From the NCBI GenBank assembly GCA_050287845.1, contig JBNKCR010000013.1, forward strand, positions 41,008 to 105,007: a DNA stretch of 64,000 nt, given 5' to 3'. The notes below the pieces were generated by a model. The model made no database searches and was not told the DNA's origin. It saw nothing but the letters and a program-made list of their open reading frames with translations. The position numbers were made by a program, and so were the translations under genes. How positions within the stretch are numbered: the first letter of the stretch is position 1; the number at the start of each line of letters is the position of its first letter. Below, one piece after another: positions 10,582 through 20,178 of the stretch. The stretch comes from Polyangia bacterium (lineage in GTDB: Bacteria > Myxococcota_A > Polyangia > JAAYKL01).

Positions 10582-12417
10582 TTATCCTCCGAAACTGATT
10601 CCCACCATCAGGTCGGTATTCAAACCAAATGTAGAGTCTTCCCCAAAAACGAAATCAACTGGCATTTCCGCTGTAATGCCAAAGTGAGAATTAAAATAGT
10701 GTGCCGCCCCAAGGCCAACTTCGATATTTATCGTTCCAGGAGTGGTCACTATCCGATCCTTTTCACCGTCCAAATCCACATCAGTTACCCTGGGAGCAAA
10801 GTACAGATGGCCATACCCAAGGCCACCAAACAGGAAAAACTGATTTCCCTTCCGGTTGATCAATCGCACTTTGACTCTTACATTGACCAGCCATGAGTTC
10901 CCCAAATCGGTGCTCTCAGTGGTGATGAAATTTGCCGTATCCGGTATGCGATACGCCCCGAATATACCATTATTGGCAGCCGCCAGCGGTGCGAGACACT
11001 CGAATCCGGTATCCGGGTTCACCTCTCCGTCGCGAAGGTTGTCAACAAGACCATCCGCACAGAATTTGAGATCTTTCTGTTTTCGCCAGAATGCAGATAC
11101 ATCCATCCGCATCCCCACTTCCAGAGAAATCCTCGGACTGAGCATAATTCCCAGGCGACCGCGCAGTGGCAAACCGCCGACACTACCACGACCGACACCA
11201 GTTATCAGATATGAATAATAGGTATCCGAAAAATTATTGGGATTTGAAACTGCGGAACTCAAGTACCATTGATTCGGAGCGCTCGCATATCCTGCACCGC
11301 TGCCCAACAGTATCTCCGCGTAAAATTTTCGCGGTACGTCGTCACTCCCACTGTCCTGTTTGCCGACATCGCCGACGTCGCCTTCACAGAATCCCATATC
11401 CGAGCACCATTGTCCCGACAGACATTCTTCATCAGAAAAGCAGGGGACTCCCTTCGAATGACAATTCTGGTCCCATGGGGGACACTCGGTACAAGTCTGA
11501 GGCTTCGGCATGCCAGCAAGTCCACTGACCACCGGCGCGGATGGATCCATTGTGACAGTATACGGTTGTGCCAGGGACCCATTGCCACAAACCAGTTTCC
11601 CGACCATGTCATATCCCTCGATATAATAGTTGACTGTAGACGGATCGAAATCTGTGATCTGACCTTCAGTACACGAGAGCATCACCGTCACCCATCCCGT
11701 GTCGCCCTTTTGCATGTTCATATCGAAATACGTTGACGAGCCGTCATAGGCGTACTTCAGAACAACCCTGTCCAGCGTTGCCAGTTTGTCCGATTCTATC
11801 TGAATCATCAGCGGCAGCTCCGTTGATTTTCTCTGCTGCGCCGGTGCATTATGCACACCACAGGGCGGTAAAGAATCGCCGGTAAAAGGTTGCGGCTGAA
11901 TTGCCAGACCGTCTCCTTCGACCGGAGCGGGTTGCACCGCGTTTCCCTGGTATTTCACATTCGCCAATAGTCCGGGACAATTTTGTGCTGTGGCCCGGGT
12001 TTGAGCCATCTTAAAAATCATTTCCACTTCAGGTGAAGAATATAAAGGATCAATTGAAATACTCGCATCCAGGCACCTTGCAATCGCGAAATAATCCTGT
12101 CCTCGCGCATTGTCCCCCTGGCCTCCGACCAATACCACACCATAGCTGATATAAATCTGTGCAACCGTATTCGCTGTCAGTTGTTCGCCCATGGCCGCCG
12201 CCTGGTCCAGAAGTTGGATTGCGCCATCCAGATCGAGATTGCCATATGCGTTCATGGCTTCTTTCTTCAGGGATATGGCCTGAGCATCTCCTTCCTGGGC
12301 AAGGACTGTCGCCGATGTTCCCAACGTCGCAACCGCTATTATGAGAAATACAGACATTCTTGAAACAAACCCGATACGCACAGTATTATCTCCAATCGTT
12401 GTAATGAAACCGTTCAA
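10582..12417 (-). CDS. Exported protein: TPR-like N-terminus, beta-rich (Ig-like) middle, Cys-rich segment, C-terminal putative outer-membrane beta-barrel
   Basis: Signal-peptide-like N-terminus ending VLA; AMNAYGNLD...LDASISIDPLYSSPE helical repeat; CPPWDQNC; alternating hydrophobic strands at C-terminus; paralogous to 12797..14515. Confidence 0.65.
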   Translation of the reverse strand: MNGFITTIGDNTVRIGFVSRMSVFLIIAVATLGTSATVLAQEGDAQAISLKKEAMNAYGNLDLDGAIQLLDQAAAMGEQLTANTVAQIYISYGVVLVGGQGDNARGQDYFAIARCLDASISIDPLYSSPEVEMIFKMAQTRATAQNCPGLLANVKYQGNAVQPAPVEGDGLAIQPQPFTGDSLPPCGVHNAPAQQRKSTELPLMIQIESDKLATLDRVVLKYAYDGSSTYFDMNMQKGDTGWVTVMLSCTEGQITDFDPSTVNYYIEGYDMVGKLVCGNGSLAQPYTVTMDPSAPVVSGLAGMPKPQTCTECPPWDQNCHSKGVPCFSDEECLSGQWCSDMGFCEGDVGDVGKQDSGSDDVPRKFYAEILLGSGAGYASAPNQWYLSSAVSNPNNFSDTYYSYLITGVGRGSVGGLPLRGRLGIMLSPRISLEVGMRMDVSAFWRKQKDLKFCADGLVDNLRDGEVNPDTGFECLAPLAAANNGIFGAYRIPDTANFITTESTDLGNSWLVNVRVKVRLINRKGNQFFLFGGLGYGHLYFAPRVTDVDLDGEKDRIVTTPGTINIEVGLGAAHYFNSHFGITAEMPVDFVFGEDSTFGLNTDLMVGISFGG

Positions 12418-12796
12418 TCCCCAATCCCTATTTCAATTACATTAAAACAATAATATAGATTGCACGTTTTTATTCCGAATTGTCAAGCGATTCGTCACAC
12501 TAAACGGGTAGTTCCGAGCAATATCATTGCAATTACGGCGATCCGGACGGGCATTACTTTCAAATCCGTCACATATGCCCATTATGCCACAAACATATGA
12601 AACACGACATAAAAGTAATAAAAAATCTTTCGCCGTCAGAATGCGTGGGAAATTTTATCATCAATAACCGTGAAACTCCGAAGTAACGACAAAAATCAAC
12701 GCCCGAAAAAACAAAATCCTGTTTTTACTGAGAGAAACGTACAGGTATCTGGCTCGGATTATACGGGTATTGCGTCATTTCATGGAATCACGCGAA

Positions 12797-14515
12797 TCAG
12801 AAGCGAAGGGCCAGGCCGGCCTGGACGTCAAGATTCACAGTCACATTTTCAGGGAAAGTAATATCAAAAATGGTTCCCACATGAACACCCACATTTCGGA
12901 CGAACCAGTAATTCATATCGAGCCCAAATTCTACACCGAGAAATCCTGCCTTCCGGAAACCACTGGTACTCAGCTTCGCATTCGAATCATCAAACCAACC
13001 TTCCGGATCACTGCACCGTTCCACCGTTTCTCCCCCTTCAACCACTTCCTGATATTCCTTACAATCCTTGAACGGAATCCGTTGCATGATTTGCACCCAG
13101 CCCATACCGAACACGCCGAACATCTGAAATCCTTTTTCCGCGTTCGTTCCTGCGATACGATAACCGGCATTCACCAGAACAGATGGCACAATAGTGTCAT
13201 AAAACCCCGGAAATAACGGTAAATCTCCACGAAAATTAATCCCGAGTTCAAACTTTTCAGTCAGTGAGACCATTGCGCCAATGCGAACATGCAGTTTGGA
13301 CATTGCCACACCGGCTTTGTCCGTGGTTACGGCGGTTACACTTCTCATATTGGGAAAATCATCCTGTGTATATTTTTCCTTGGGAACAAATCCGACACCT
13401 GTTCCCCCCGCCAGATAAAACCGAATCTTTGTATCGGCCCCTTTTGTATTAATATACTCAGCATCATCTCCCCCCGCTTCCTCACAGACGCCGTCTACAC
13501 AGGACATGCCGGAACAGCAGGGTTCTTCTTCAGAGCACAGGTCAGCGAACTTTTTGCAGTTGCGGTTATTGCAATCGGGGTTCCATGGCGGACAATCCTC
13601 CTCACAAGCGGGCAATGGTGTCTCTCCGGGAACCCCCGGGGGCGCTGATGAAACAGATTCACCAATATCGATCGTAAAAGGTTGCGCTTCAGATCCGGCA
13701 GTGGAAAGGAGCTGTCCGGAAGGGTCAGATACTGCGATATAGTACTCTATCGCGGTAGGATCGAGTGTGGTGAGTACGTCGCATTCAATGTATGCCGACC
13801 ATCCGTCACCCTTTCTTACCAGAGGCAACTGCTGAAAAATCCGTTCTCCCACGGTTCGATAAAAAGTCACCACACTGGCAACATCCAAATCAGCGTTTGT
13901 CGTGACATAAAAAGGTATGGGAACCAATCGTTTTTGCTGGGTAACCGTTCTATGTCGAAGCACATCATTCACCACTTCGAACGACTCGCCATTTGAACTC
14001 GAGCCATTATAATCCGGTTCGGCTGTACCCGCAGAAGGTGACGATGCTGATGAGGTCAGCAAATCGTCCACTGTCGGTTCGGCGCCACCGACTGGCGGTC
14101 CAATGCCTTCACATCCCTGTGAGTTGATCTGAGCCTGTGCACCATTGAAAATATCGGCCATATCCGGCGACGAGTTCAACGGGTCCAGCATTACCGCAGA
14201 ATCCTGACATAACGCCTTTTTAAAATACTCCATCGCTCTGGCGCTATCCCCATTGCCGCCCATCTCCACGACACCCCGATTCACGAATGTACGTGCCAGC
14301 TGTGGGCCAGTGATATTGCTGTCCATGCAAAGCTGTTCCGCGTCTTCAAGAAGAGAAATCGCAGTGCCGATTTCGAGATTGGCATACGCATCCATCGCAT
14401 CTTTATTTTTCTGGAGGACATCGGAATTCGCCTGTGCAGCAACATGCCTGGAAAACAATATAGTTAAACAGGCCACCACGGAAACCAAAACAAAACTCAA
14501 CTGCGGTCTACTCAT
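12797..14515 (-). CDS. Exported protein: TPR-like N-terminus, Ig-like middle, Cys-rich segment, C-terminal putative beta-barrel (paralog of 10582..12417)
   Basis: AMDAYANLE...QDSAVMLDPLNSSPD; DPTAIEYYI; CPPWNPDC; ends GLALRF (BAM-type terminal Phe). Confidence 0.68.
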   Translation of the reverse strand: MSRPQLSFVLVSVVACLTILFSRHVAAQANSDVLQKNKDAMDAYANLEIGTAISLLEDAEQLCMDSNITGPQLARTFVNRGVVEMGGNGDSARAMEYFKKALCQDSAVMLDPLNSSPDMADIFNGAQAQINSQGCEGIGPPVGGAEPTVDDLLTSSASSPSAGTAEPDYNGSSSNGESFEVVNDVLRHRTVTQQKRLVPIPFYVTTNADLDVASVVTFYRTVGERIFQQLPLVRKGDGWSAYIECDVLTTLDPTAIEYYIAVSDPSGQLLSTAGSEAQPFTIDIGESVSSAPPGVPGETPLPACEEDCPPWNPDCNNRNCKKFADLCSEEEPCCSGMSCVDGVCEEAGGDDAEYINTKGADTKIRFYLAGGTGVGFVPKEKYTQDDFPNMRSVTAVTTDKAGVAMSKLHVRIGAMVSLTEKFELGINFRGDLPLFPGFYDTIVPSVLVNAGYRIAGTNAEKGFQMFGVFGMGWVQIMQRIPFKDCKEYQEVVEGGETVERCSDPEGWFDDSNAKLSTSGFRKAGFLGVEFGLDMNYWFVRNVGVHVGTIFDITFPENVTVNLDVQAGLALRF

Positions 14516-14537
14516 AATCTACCCAATTTCCTGTAAT

Positions 14538-15629
14538 TTACTTTTGGGAATCTGTCCTTACAAATTCCACACGTCTATTCGCTGCCCGTCCCACCTCAGT
14601 CATATTGCTGTCAATGGGTTTTGCTTCTCCCCAACCAACAGAAGTGAGGCGGTGCCGTTCCACCCCGCCATTAATAATGAGGTGTTCTGCCACAGCCCTG
14701 GCTCGCTTCGTGCTAAGCGTCAAATTATATGCATCTTTGCCCTTGTTATCTGTATGGCCTTCAATACTCAGAGTAATTTCGGGATTCTCCCGCAAAACCA
14801 TAGCAACCATGGCAAGAATGGCATATGACTTTTTCATTATCTTTGCTTTGTTGTACGCGAAATAGATTTTCTGATTAATTTCAATCTGCGAACTTGTAAT
14901 TTTCACCCCTTCATATTTTTTGGGACATCCGTTTTCTTCAGGCACACCAGCTGTATTGGGGCAGTTATCCTCTATATCAAAAATAGTGTCTGCGTCATTG
15001 TCATTATCCGGGCATCCATCGTGATCTTCAAATCCATCCGGATCTTCCGCATCAATGGGACACTCGTCACTGGCATCCGCTACACCATCGAGATCGTTAT
15101 CATTATCCGGGCATCCATCCTCGTCCTCAAACCCATCCATATCCTCTTTGTCAACAATACATTGATCAATGGAATCAAGGATGCCATCCATATCGGTATC
15201 CTGATCTTCCGGACATCCATCTTCGTCTTCGATGCCGTCAAAATCTTCACTCTGATGAGGGCATTTATCCTGTTCAGCACAGATGAAGTCCCCGTCATCA
15301 TCCGAGCACTGTGGACTGGGTACGCCATCTTTTCCGCATTGCTCAACCGGAGATTTTTTATCCGCAAGATCCAGATTCGTCATCGCGATGGTATAATGCT
15401 CCTTCGCCCGTTTCCCCTGTCCCTGCTCAATTTCAAGTAATGCAAACTCCAGATGCGCTCTGGCAACGGCAAATTCGCGGGGAGCACACTTTTTAGCGCC
15501 ATTGGCTTCAACCTGCTGCAATCGCAACTGACCATCCGCAATACCGTTTCGCATGGTTTGAGTCGATGCGCATCCATTCCCCAGAAGAAGAAGAAATACC
15601 GAAAACATGACCAATATTCGAACTTTCAT
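14538..15629 (-). CDS. OmpA-family lipoprotein with N-terminal DUF4398-like helix pair and thrombospondin type 3-like Ca-binding repeats
   Basis: Lipobox LGNGC; GAKKCAPREFAVA; repeated D.DGI.D.DGCPD; IEGHTD...LSTKRA..V...GWGEAKP...NRRVEF. Confidence 0.88.
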   Translation of the reverse strand: MKVRILVMFSVFLLLLGNGCASTQTMRNGIADGQLRLQQVEANGAKKCAPREFAVARAHLEFALLEIEQGQGKRAKEHYTIAMTNLDLADKKSPVEQCGKDGVPSPQCSDDDGDFICAEQDKCPHQSEDFDGIEDEDGCPEDQDTDMDGILDSIDQCIVDKEDMDGFEDEDGCPDNDNDLDGVADASDECPIDAEDPDGFEDHDGCPDNDNDADTIFDIEDNCPNTAGVPEENGCPKKYEGVKITSSQIEINQKIYFAYNKAKIMKKSYAILAMVAMVLRENPEITLSIEGHTDNKGKDAYNLTLSTKRARAVAEHLIINGGVERHRLTSVGWGEAKPIDSNMTEVGRAANRRVEFVRTDSQK

Positions 15630-16057
15630 TGGCCGCCCTCCCTGCCTGCCAGAAGAGACAGTTCCCGGGCGCGCCGCGCATACTCACGGGCTTGACGTGC
15701 GTACTCAAGCGCTGCCTGATAGTCGGAATATCCAACTTCCTCCCGCGCCTTTGCGAGATATTCTATCGCCGAATAATACTCAAACGGCGCTCCGCAACCG
15801 ATTGATTCAGCGGATGAGGCATCTGCCGGATCCGTTGACGCGACCTCTGTCCCGGACTGCAGCGCGTTATACCTGGTAACGGGGCTCCGCTCCGCCAATT
15901 GTTGTTCGGTGCAGGAAGCACCTGCTTCCTCCGCCTTATCGATTGCGTCTGAGGCATTGACAATTACAACGGAATATTCAACCGGGGCACAACCAAAAGA
16001 CGCTATAGAAACAGCGACAAAGAAGATCACTGAAGAAAGTGAAAAGCGATGATGCAC
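15626..16057 (-). CDS. DUF4398-like lipoprotein
   Basis: Lipobox SFGC; APFEYYSAIEYLAKAREEVGYSDYQAA motif; ATGA overlap with the OmpA gene. Confidence 0.75.
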   Translation of the reverse strand: MHHRFSLSSVIFFVAVSIASFGCAPVEYSVVIVNASDAIDKAEEAGASCTEQQLAERSPVTRYNALQSGTEVASTDPADASSAESIGCGAPFEYYSAIEYLAKAREEVGYSDYQAALEYARQAREYARRARELSLLAGREGGQ

Positions 16058-16239
16058 AGTATATCCTCCAAAATCAGTGAATTTAGACTTGCGACCAAAC
16101 TTTATCTAAGCAGACATCATGCTCGGCTCCAAATCTATAAGTATCCAAAATAATATCCGAAAGTCAACTTATGATTTTCGTTATTCTTTCATTATTCAAT
16201 GAGGAAAAGAGAGCAAATCAAAGGGGTAAGCCAGACGAA

Positions 16240-16524
16240 TCACAACGAAAGTTGCCAGTTGTTACGTCCCACATTCTGCGTTCGTCGAACAATACGTGCA
16301 ATACTGGAAATGGACGTGAACTGCTGCGCCACTTCTTCTGTAAACGCCATTTTAAAAACACTTTCCAGAATAGTCATCACTTCCAACTTATCAAGAGAAT
16401 CCAAGCCAAGATGCTGCAACCCATCCACATCGGGGGCGATTTTTTTTCCGGAAACCGACAGAATTACCTCACGAATCTTTTTTTCCACTTCCTCGGTCTG
16501 AATGATTTTATCAGTGTCGTTCAT
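16240..16524 (-). CDS. Acyl carrier protein
   Basis: From ATG 16524: MNDTDKII...LGLDSLDKLEVMTILESVF..F.EE; DSL phosphopantetheine-attachment motif. Confidence 0.8.
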   Translation of the reverse strand: MNDTDKIIQTEEVEKKIREVILSVSGKKIAPDVDGLQHLGLDSLDKLEVMTILESVFKMAFTEEVAQQFTSISSIARIVRRTQNVGRNNWQLSL

Positions 16525-17314
16525 TTTTCTTGGCCTGTTCCCAATAGTGATCCAGATCTTCCAGCGCCATATCGGATAGTCTTTGTCCTGCATCGTCTGC
16601 ATTCTTTTCAACAAATGCAAATCTGTTTTTAAACCGAGTGCAACATTGTCGCAATGATTCTTCAGGATCGACACCGAGATGCCTCGCCCATTGTGCCACC
16701 GCAAACAACAGATCCCCCATTTCGTGCTCGATTTTCGCAGAATCCCCCTCAGCCACCGCCTCATCAAGCTCATTCAGCTCCTCGTCCACTTTCCCGCGAA
16801 CGCCACTGATATCCGGCCAGTCAAATCCAACGCGAGAAACCTTTTGCCCCATTCGGTACGCCTTGAGCAGTCCCGGTAAGGCACTGGGGACGCCGTCGAG
16901 CGCCCCCCTGTCGCTTTTTTCCTTTGCCTTGATTTTTTCCCAGTTTCGAATCACGTCATCCGCTCCATCAACGCTGGTGTCAGAAAAAACATGCGGATGA
17001 CGACGAATCATTTTCCTGGAAAGCCCTTCAATCACATCACCAATATGAAATTGATCGTATTCAAATGCTATCTGGGCGTGCAGCATTATTTGCAACAGCA
17101 CGTCCCCCAACTCTTCCCGGACATGGGCAGCGTCGCCTGAATCTATGGCATCCAGCGCTTCGTAGGTTTCTTCTACAAGATATGGCTTCAACGTTACAGA
17201 TGTCTGTTTCCGATCCCACGGACACCCGTCTGGTGAACGAAGTTTGTCAATAATATCAATCAGTTCATCCATCGCCGCCAGCGAATTCTCTTTTCGTTTC
17301 ATTTTTTCATTCAT
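16511..17314 (-). CDS. mazG: Nucleoside triphosphate pyrophosphohydrolase MazG
   Basis: LRSPDGCPWDRKQT, EETYE, EELGDVLLQ, RRHPHVF, GFDW, EMGDLLF; start codon uncertain. Confidence 0.95.
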   Translation of the reverse strand: MNEKMKRKENSLAAMDELIDIIDKLRSPDGCPWDRKQTSVTLKPYLVEETYEALDAIDSGDAAHVREELGDVLLQIMLHAQIAFEYDQFHIGDVIEGLSRKMIRRHPHVFSDTSVDGADDVIRNWEKIKAKEKSDRGALDGVPSALPGLLKAYRMGQKVSRVGFDWPDISGVRGKVDEELNELDEAVAEGDSAKIEHEMGDLLFAVAQWARHLGVDPEESLRQCCTRFKNRFAFVEKNADDAGQRLSDMALEDLDHYWEQAKKNERH

Positions 17315-17408
17315 GGCGGTGTTTCCGATATCATTTTCCACAAGTGCATGCAAGCACAACCCGGCCTCTTTCCGGAGCAAAAACTGCCAGAATGCGATTC
17401 ACTCAATT

Positions 17409-18191
17409 CTATTGTTCCAAATCAATCTGCTCTGGACGGAACATGAATACATGTTGTGGATTGGTACACAGCAGCGTCTTTATCCGGCACTCATCAACGC
17501 GATTCAACGCAGCCAATGCATCAGCCACGTACTCGAAATCGCCAATCCGGTGCACATCTGTCGCCAGTATATCCGCTGTACCATCGGACACAAATTGCCA
17601 TGCCAGCTGTTCAGCCCGCTGGCCATACTTTCCCACGAGGGAGCCCAGATTGATTTGCATCAGCATCCCCCGCTCTTTCAATGTCGCCAGCTGAGCGCCC
17701 CCGGACTGCACATCCCCATACCGTTCCGGATGTGCCAGAATCAGCGTCTTTCCTGAAACGCGCGCTTCAAAAACAAACCGTTCAAGTGCGGGTGTGAACA
17801 CTCCGGGACGATTTTCGAACTCCACGAGATAGCTGTCGCCAATCCCGCGAAAACGTCCTGCAGCAAATTTTTCCGAGTACGCATCGCGGCACATGATTTC
17901 CGCGCCAATCTTTATCTGCACCTGCGTTTCCGCCATGGCAGACGCCAGTTGTTTCAGTCTTTCTTTTACCAGTTTATCGTCTGGTGATTCAAATAGCCAG
18001 TGATTCGTATGGGGAGTTGCCACCACTCCTCTGTACCCCAGACTTGCGTATCGCTGCAGGAAAGACAGGGTATCATCGATGCTTCCGGCGCCATCGTCCA
18101 GCGCCCAAAGAATATGACTATGGATGTCATACAAAGGAAATTGCGGTTTTGAAACGACAGACTTGCGCGATTTAAAAAGAGACCAGATCAT
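17409..18191 (-). CDS. CpsB/CapC/YwqE-type PHP-family tyrosine-protein phosphatase
   Basis: DIHSHIL..LDDG, ATPH, AHPERY, ATDVH motifs. Confidence 0.88.
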   Translation of the reverse strand: MIWSLFKSRKSVVSKPQFPLYDIHSHILWALDDGAGSIDDTLSFLQRYASLGYRGVVATPHTNHWLFESPDDKLVKERLKQLASAMAETQVQIKIGAEIMCRDAYSEKFAAGRFRGIGDSYLVEFENRPGVFTPALERFVFEARVSGKTLILAHPERYGDVQSGGAQLATLKERGMLMQINLGSLVGKYGQRAEQLAWQFVSDGTADILATDVHRIGDFEYVADALAALNRVDECRIKTLLCTNPQHVFMFRPEQIDLEQ

Positions 18192-18196
18192 TCAGT

Positions 18197-20068
18197 TTAC
18201 AGTTTCTCCGTTGAGCCGACCGGCGCATCGAACAACCACCTGAAGTTATCCAGAATGACCTGGGAATCCAATCGCGCGTCCACCTCATCATGAACAGAAA
18301 AAGTAAGGTAAATCCGGCTGTTGGGAGAAACCGGCCAGCTGGTCCGATACCATCCGGTCGAACCGCCCAGGATTTCGCTCTGCTCGGGGTCCCATCCAAA
18401 ACCGGTCCCCGCCAGGCTGGTTTCCTGAATGCTTTCAAAATAGTCGGAATTCACGCTGATTTCCTTCAGGGTCGACGTCCCGGAAAACGCCATGTTGGTA
18501 GTGTCGCCCCCGTTCAACTCCTCCGCACGGATAATGGCATAAAACGCATCCTGATACGTCGCGTCCAGAGACTCCGGAAATTCAGTTGTCATGAAAATAA
18601 AATCAAAAGACAACCCTTCAACATTGGCGGGTACCTTCAGCGCCACATACAACTGAGTGGTGTCGAATACGGCTGCATCATCCGGAATGATTTCGTCTTC
18701 TCCGATATATATCGGCGCCGGGTCATCACTCGTGTCTCCCCAGGCGGTCCCTTCCTGGTGCGATCCGCTCTGAACTTCGCCAGTGGAAATAATTGAATAT
18801 CTGCACCCGGCTCGAACCCCCAAATCATTCGATACATCCCCGTAATGCGTGACAACATCCAGCGCGCCGATGTCCAGAGGATTCTCTCCGGTCGCATGCC
18901 AGCTGCCCGGACTGAAATAGAACCGATCGTCGCAGATGTCCATCGCAGCCAGCCAGTCCGCGTCGACGCCGCAATCACAGGGCGGGCTGGGCTCATCTAT
19001 CTCGCCATCGCAATCGTCGTCAACCTCGTTCACCGCCACCTCCATCGACATAGGACCTGTTTGCGCATCGCAATCATTGCAATCGCCGTTCGATTCCGAA
19101 TATCCGTCACCGTCATCGTCGTTCAGAAGGCTGCCACAACGGACCACAGAATCGGTATCACCGGTATCAGATCCGGTATCCGTTTCGGTATCCGTACTTA
19201 TATCCGTTTCGGTATCTGTTTCGGTGTCCGGTGGCATAGCCCCTTCGCAGCATCGCTGATCCCCGGCCCCGGGGCACACACCGTCCATCACCGTGCCCCC
19301 CCATGAAACGCAGTGCGGCAGGCACTCATATTCACATGCGTTGCCGGTTCCCGTATCGTTGTCTGAATCCGTGTCGGTTTCCGTTTCGGTCCCCACCTCC
19401 GTCTCGGTTCCGGTGCCCGTATCCATGTCGGTTTCCGTTTCGGTATCCGGTGGCATGGCTTCGGCACAACACCATAGCCCCTCGGGACAGACACCTTCCA
19501 TCAGAAAACCGCCCCATGTTATACAGTGCGCCAGACACTCGTACTCACATCCGGTATCGGTATCGATTTCCGAGTCCCAATCCGATGGTATATCCGCCCC
19601 ATCACAACATCGTTGATCTCCGGGACAACCACCTTCCAGCATTCTCCCCCCCCACGAAATGCAATGGGGAAGGCAGTCATACTCACATTCGGTATCGGTA
19701 TTTGTGTCCGAATCTGTGTCCGAATCGGTGTCCGTATCGGTATCCGTATCGGTATCCGTATCGGTGTCCGTATCTGTGTCCGTATCGGTGTCCGTATCGG
19801 TGTCCGTATCGGTGTCCGTATCGGTGTCCGTACCGGTGTCCGTACCCGTATCGACATCGCTGTCAGAGTCCAGAAAACCTTCAACACATTCTCTGTCAAC
19901 ACATCTGAAACCAAACTGACAGTGTTCATCGGAATCGCATTCGGGCATCAGTCCTGTCCGATGCCCGCACCCGACGCACAGGAGAATTCCCCCCAATAAT
20001 AAAAGGAACCGCAGATTCAACCCCAATTTATAATGGTCAGCCAGTACAGATATCGAACGAAATTGCAT
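18197..20068 (-). CDS. Lipoprotein with DT-repeat linkers, three Cys-rich modules, MopE-like metal-binding motif and choice-of-anchor L-like C-terminal domain
   Basis: Lipobox CVGC; poly-(DT); DDDGDGY...DCND...EV...DDDCDGEIDE; FDFIFMTTEFPE...D.F...GGSTGW...DSQVILDNFRW; start chosen at ATG 20068 after GGGGAG. Confidence 0.7.
   Translation of the reverse strand: MQFRSISVLADHYKLGLNLRFLLLLGGILLCVGCGHRTGLMPECDSDEHCQFGFRCVDRECVEGFLDSDSDVDTGTDTGTDTDTDTDTDTDTDTDTDTDTDTDTDTDTDTDTDTDSDTDSDTNTDTECEYDCLPHCISWGGRMLEGGCPGDQRCCDGADIPSDWDSEIDTDTGCEYECLAHCITWGGFLMEGVCPEGLWCCAEAMPPDTETETDMDTGTGTETEVGTETETDTDSDNDTGTGNACEYECLPHCVSWGGTVMDGVCPGAGDQRCCEGAMPPDTETDTETDISTDTETDTGSDTGDTDSVVRCGSLLNDDDGDGYSESNGDCNDCDAQTGPMSMEVAVNEVDDDCDGEIDEPSPPCDCGVDADWLAAMDICDDRFYFSPGSWHATGENPLDIGALDVVTHYGDVSNDLGVRAGCRYSIISTGEVQSGSHQEGTAWGDTSDDPAPIYIGEDEIIPDDAAVFDTTQLYVALKVPANVEGLSFDFIFMTTEFPESLDATYQDAFYAIIRAEELNGGDTTNMAFSGTSTLKEISVNSDYFESIQETSLAGTGFGWDPEQSEILGGSTGWYRTSWPVSPNSRIYLTFSVHDEVDARLDSQVILDNFRWLFDAPVGSTEKL
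19691..19870. repeat. Coding tandem repeat (6/12-bp unit, e.g. gtgtccgtatcg) encoding poly-(Asp-Thr)
   Basis: Directly visible run of gtatcg/gtgtcc units. Confidence 0.95.
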
Positions 20069-20178
20069 ATTTCTCCCCGATACAGTCCAGATCCCTTCCA
20101 GCCGAAGTGGATCCGCCACGCGTTTTAACCAACCGAACCTCCTGCATTCCCAATTTTTACCATCAACATGAAAAAAAC

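Noticed and set aside
14538..15629. Calling the OmpA protein TraB
   Set aside because: Has TSP3+OmpA but lacks the N-terminal beta-barrel of TraB, and no TraA-like MYXO-CTERM partner is adjacent
16525..16773. N-terminal extension of the 16240..16773 ORF
   Set aside because: Overlaps mazG out of frame; ACP similarity starts only at ATG 16524
19691..19870. Possible CRISPR array
   Set aside because: Short tandem units with no unique spacers, inside a CDS; no cas genes in the window
19303..19999. ORFs with RCPY, IRTP, VRIG or SVSV repeats
   Set aside because: Alternative-frame readings of the poly-DT coding repeat
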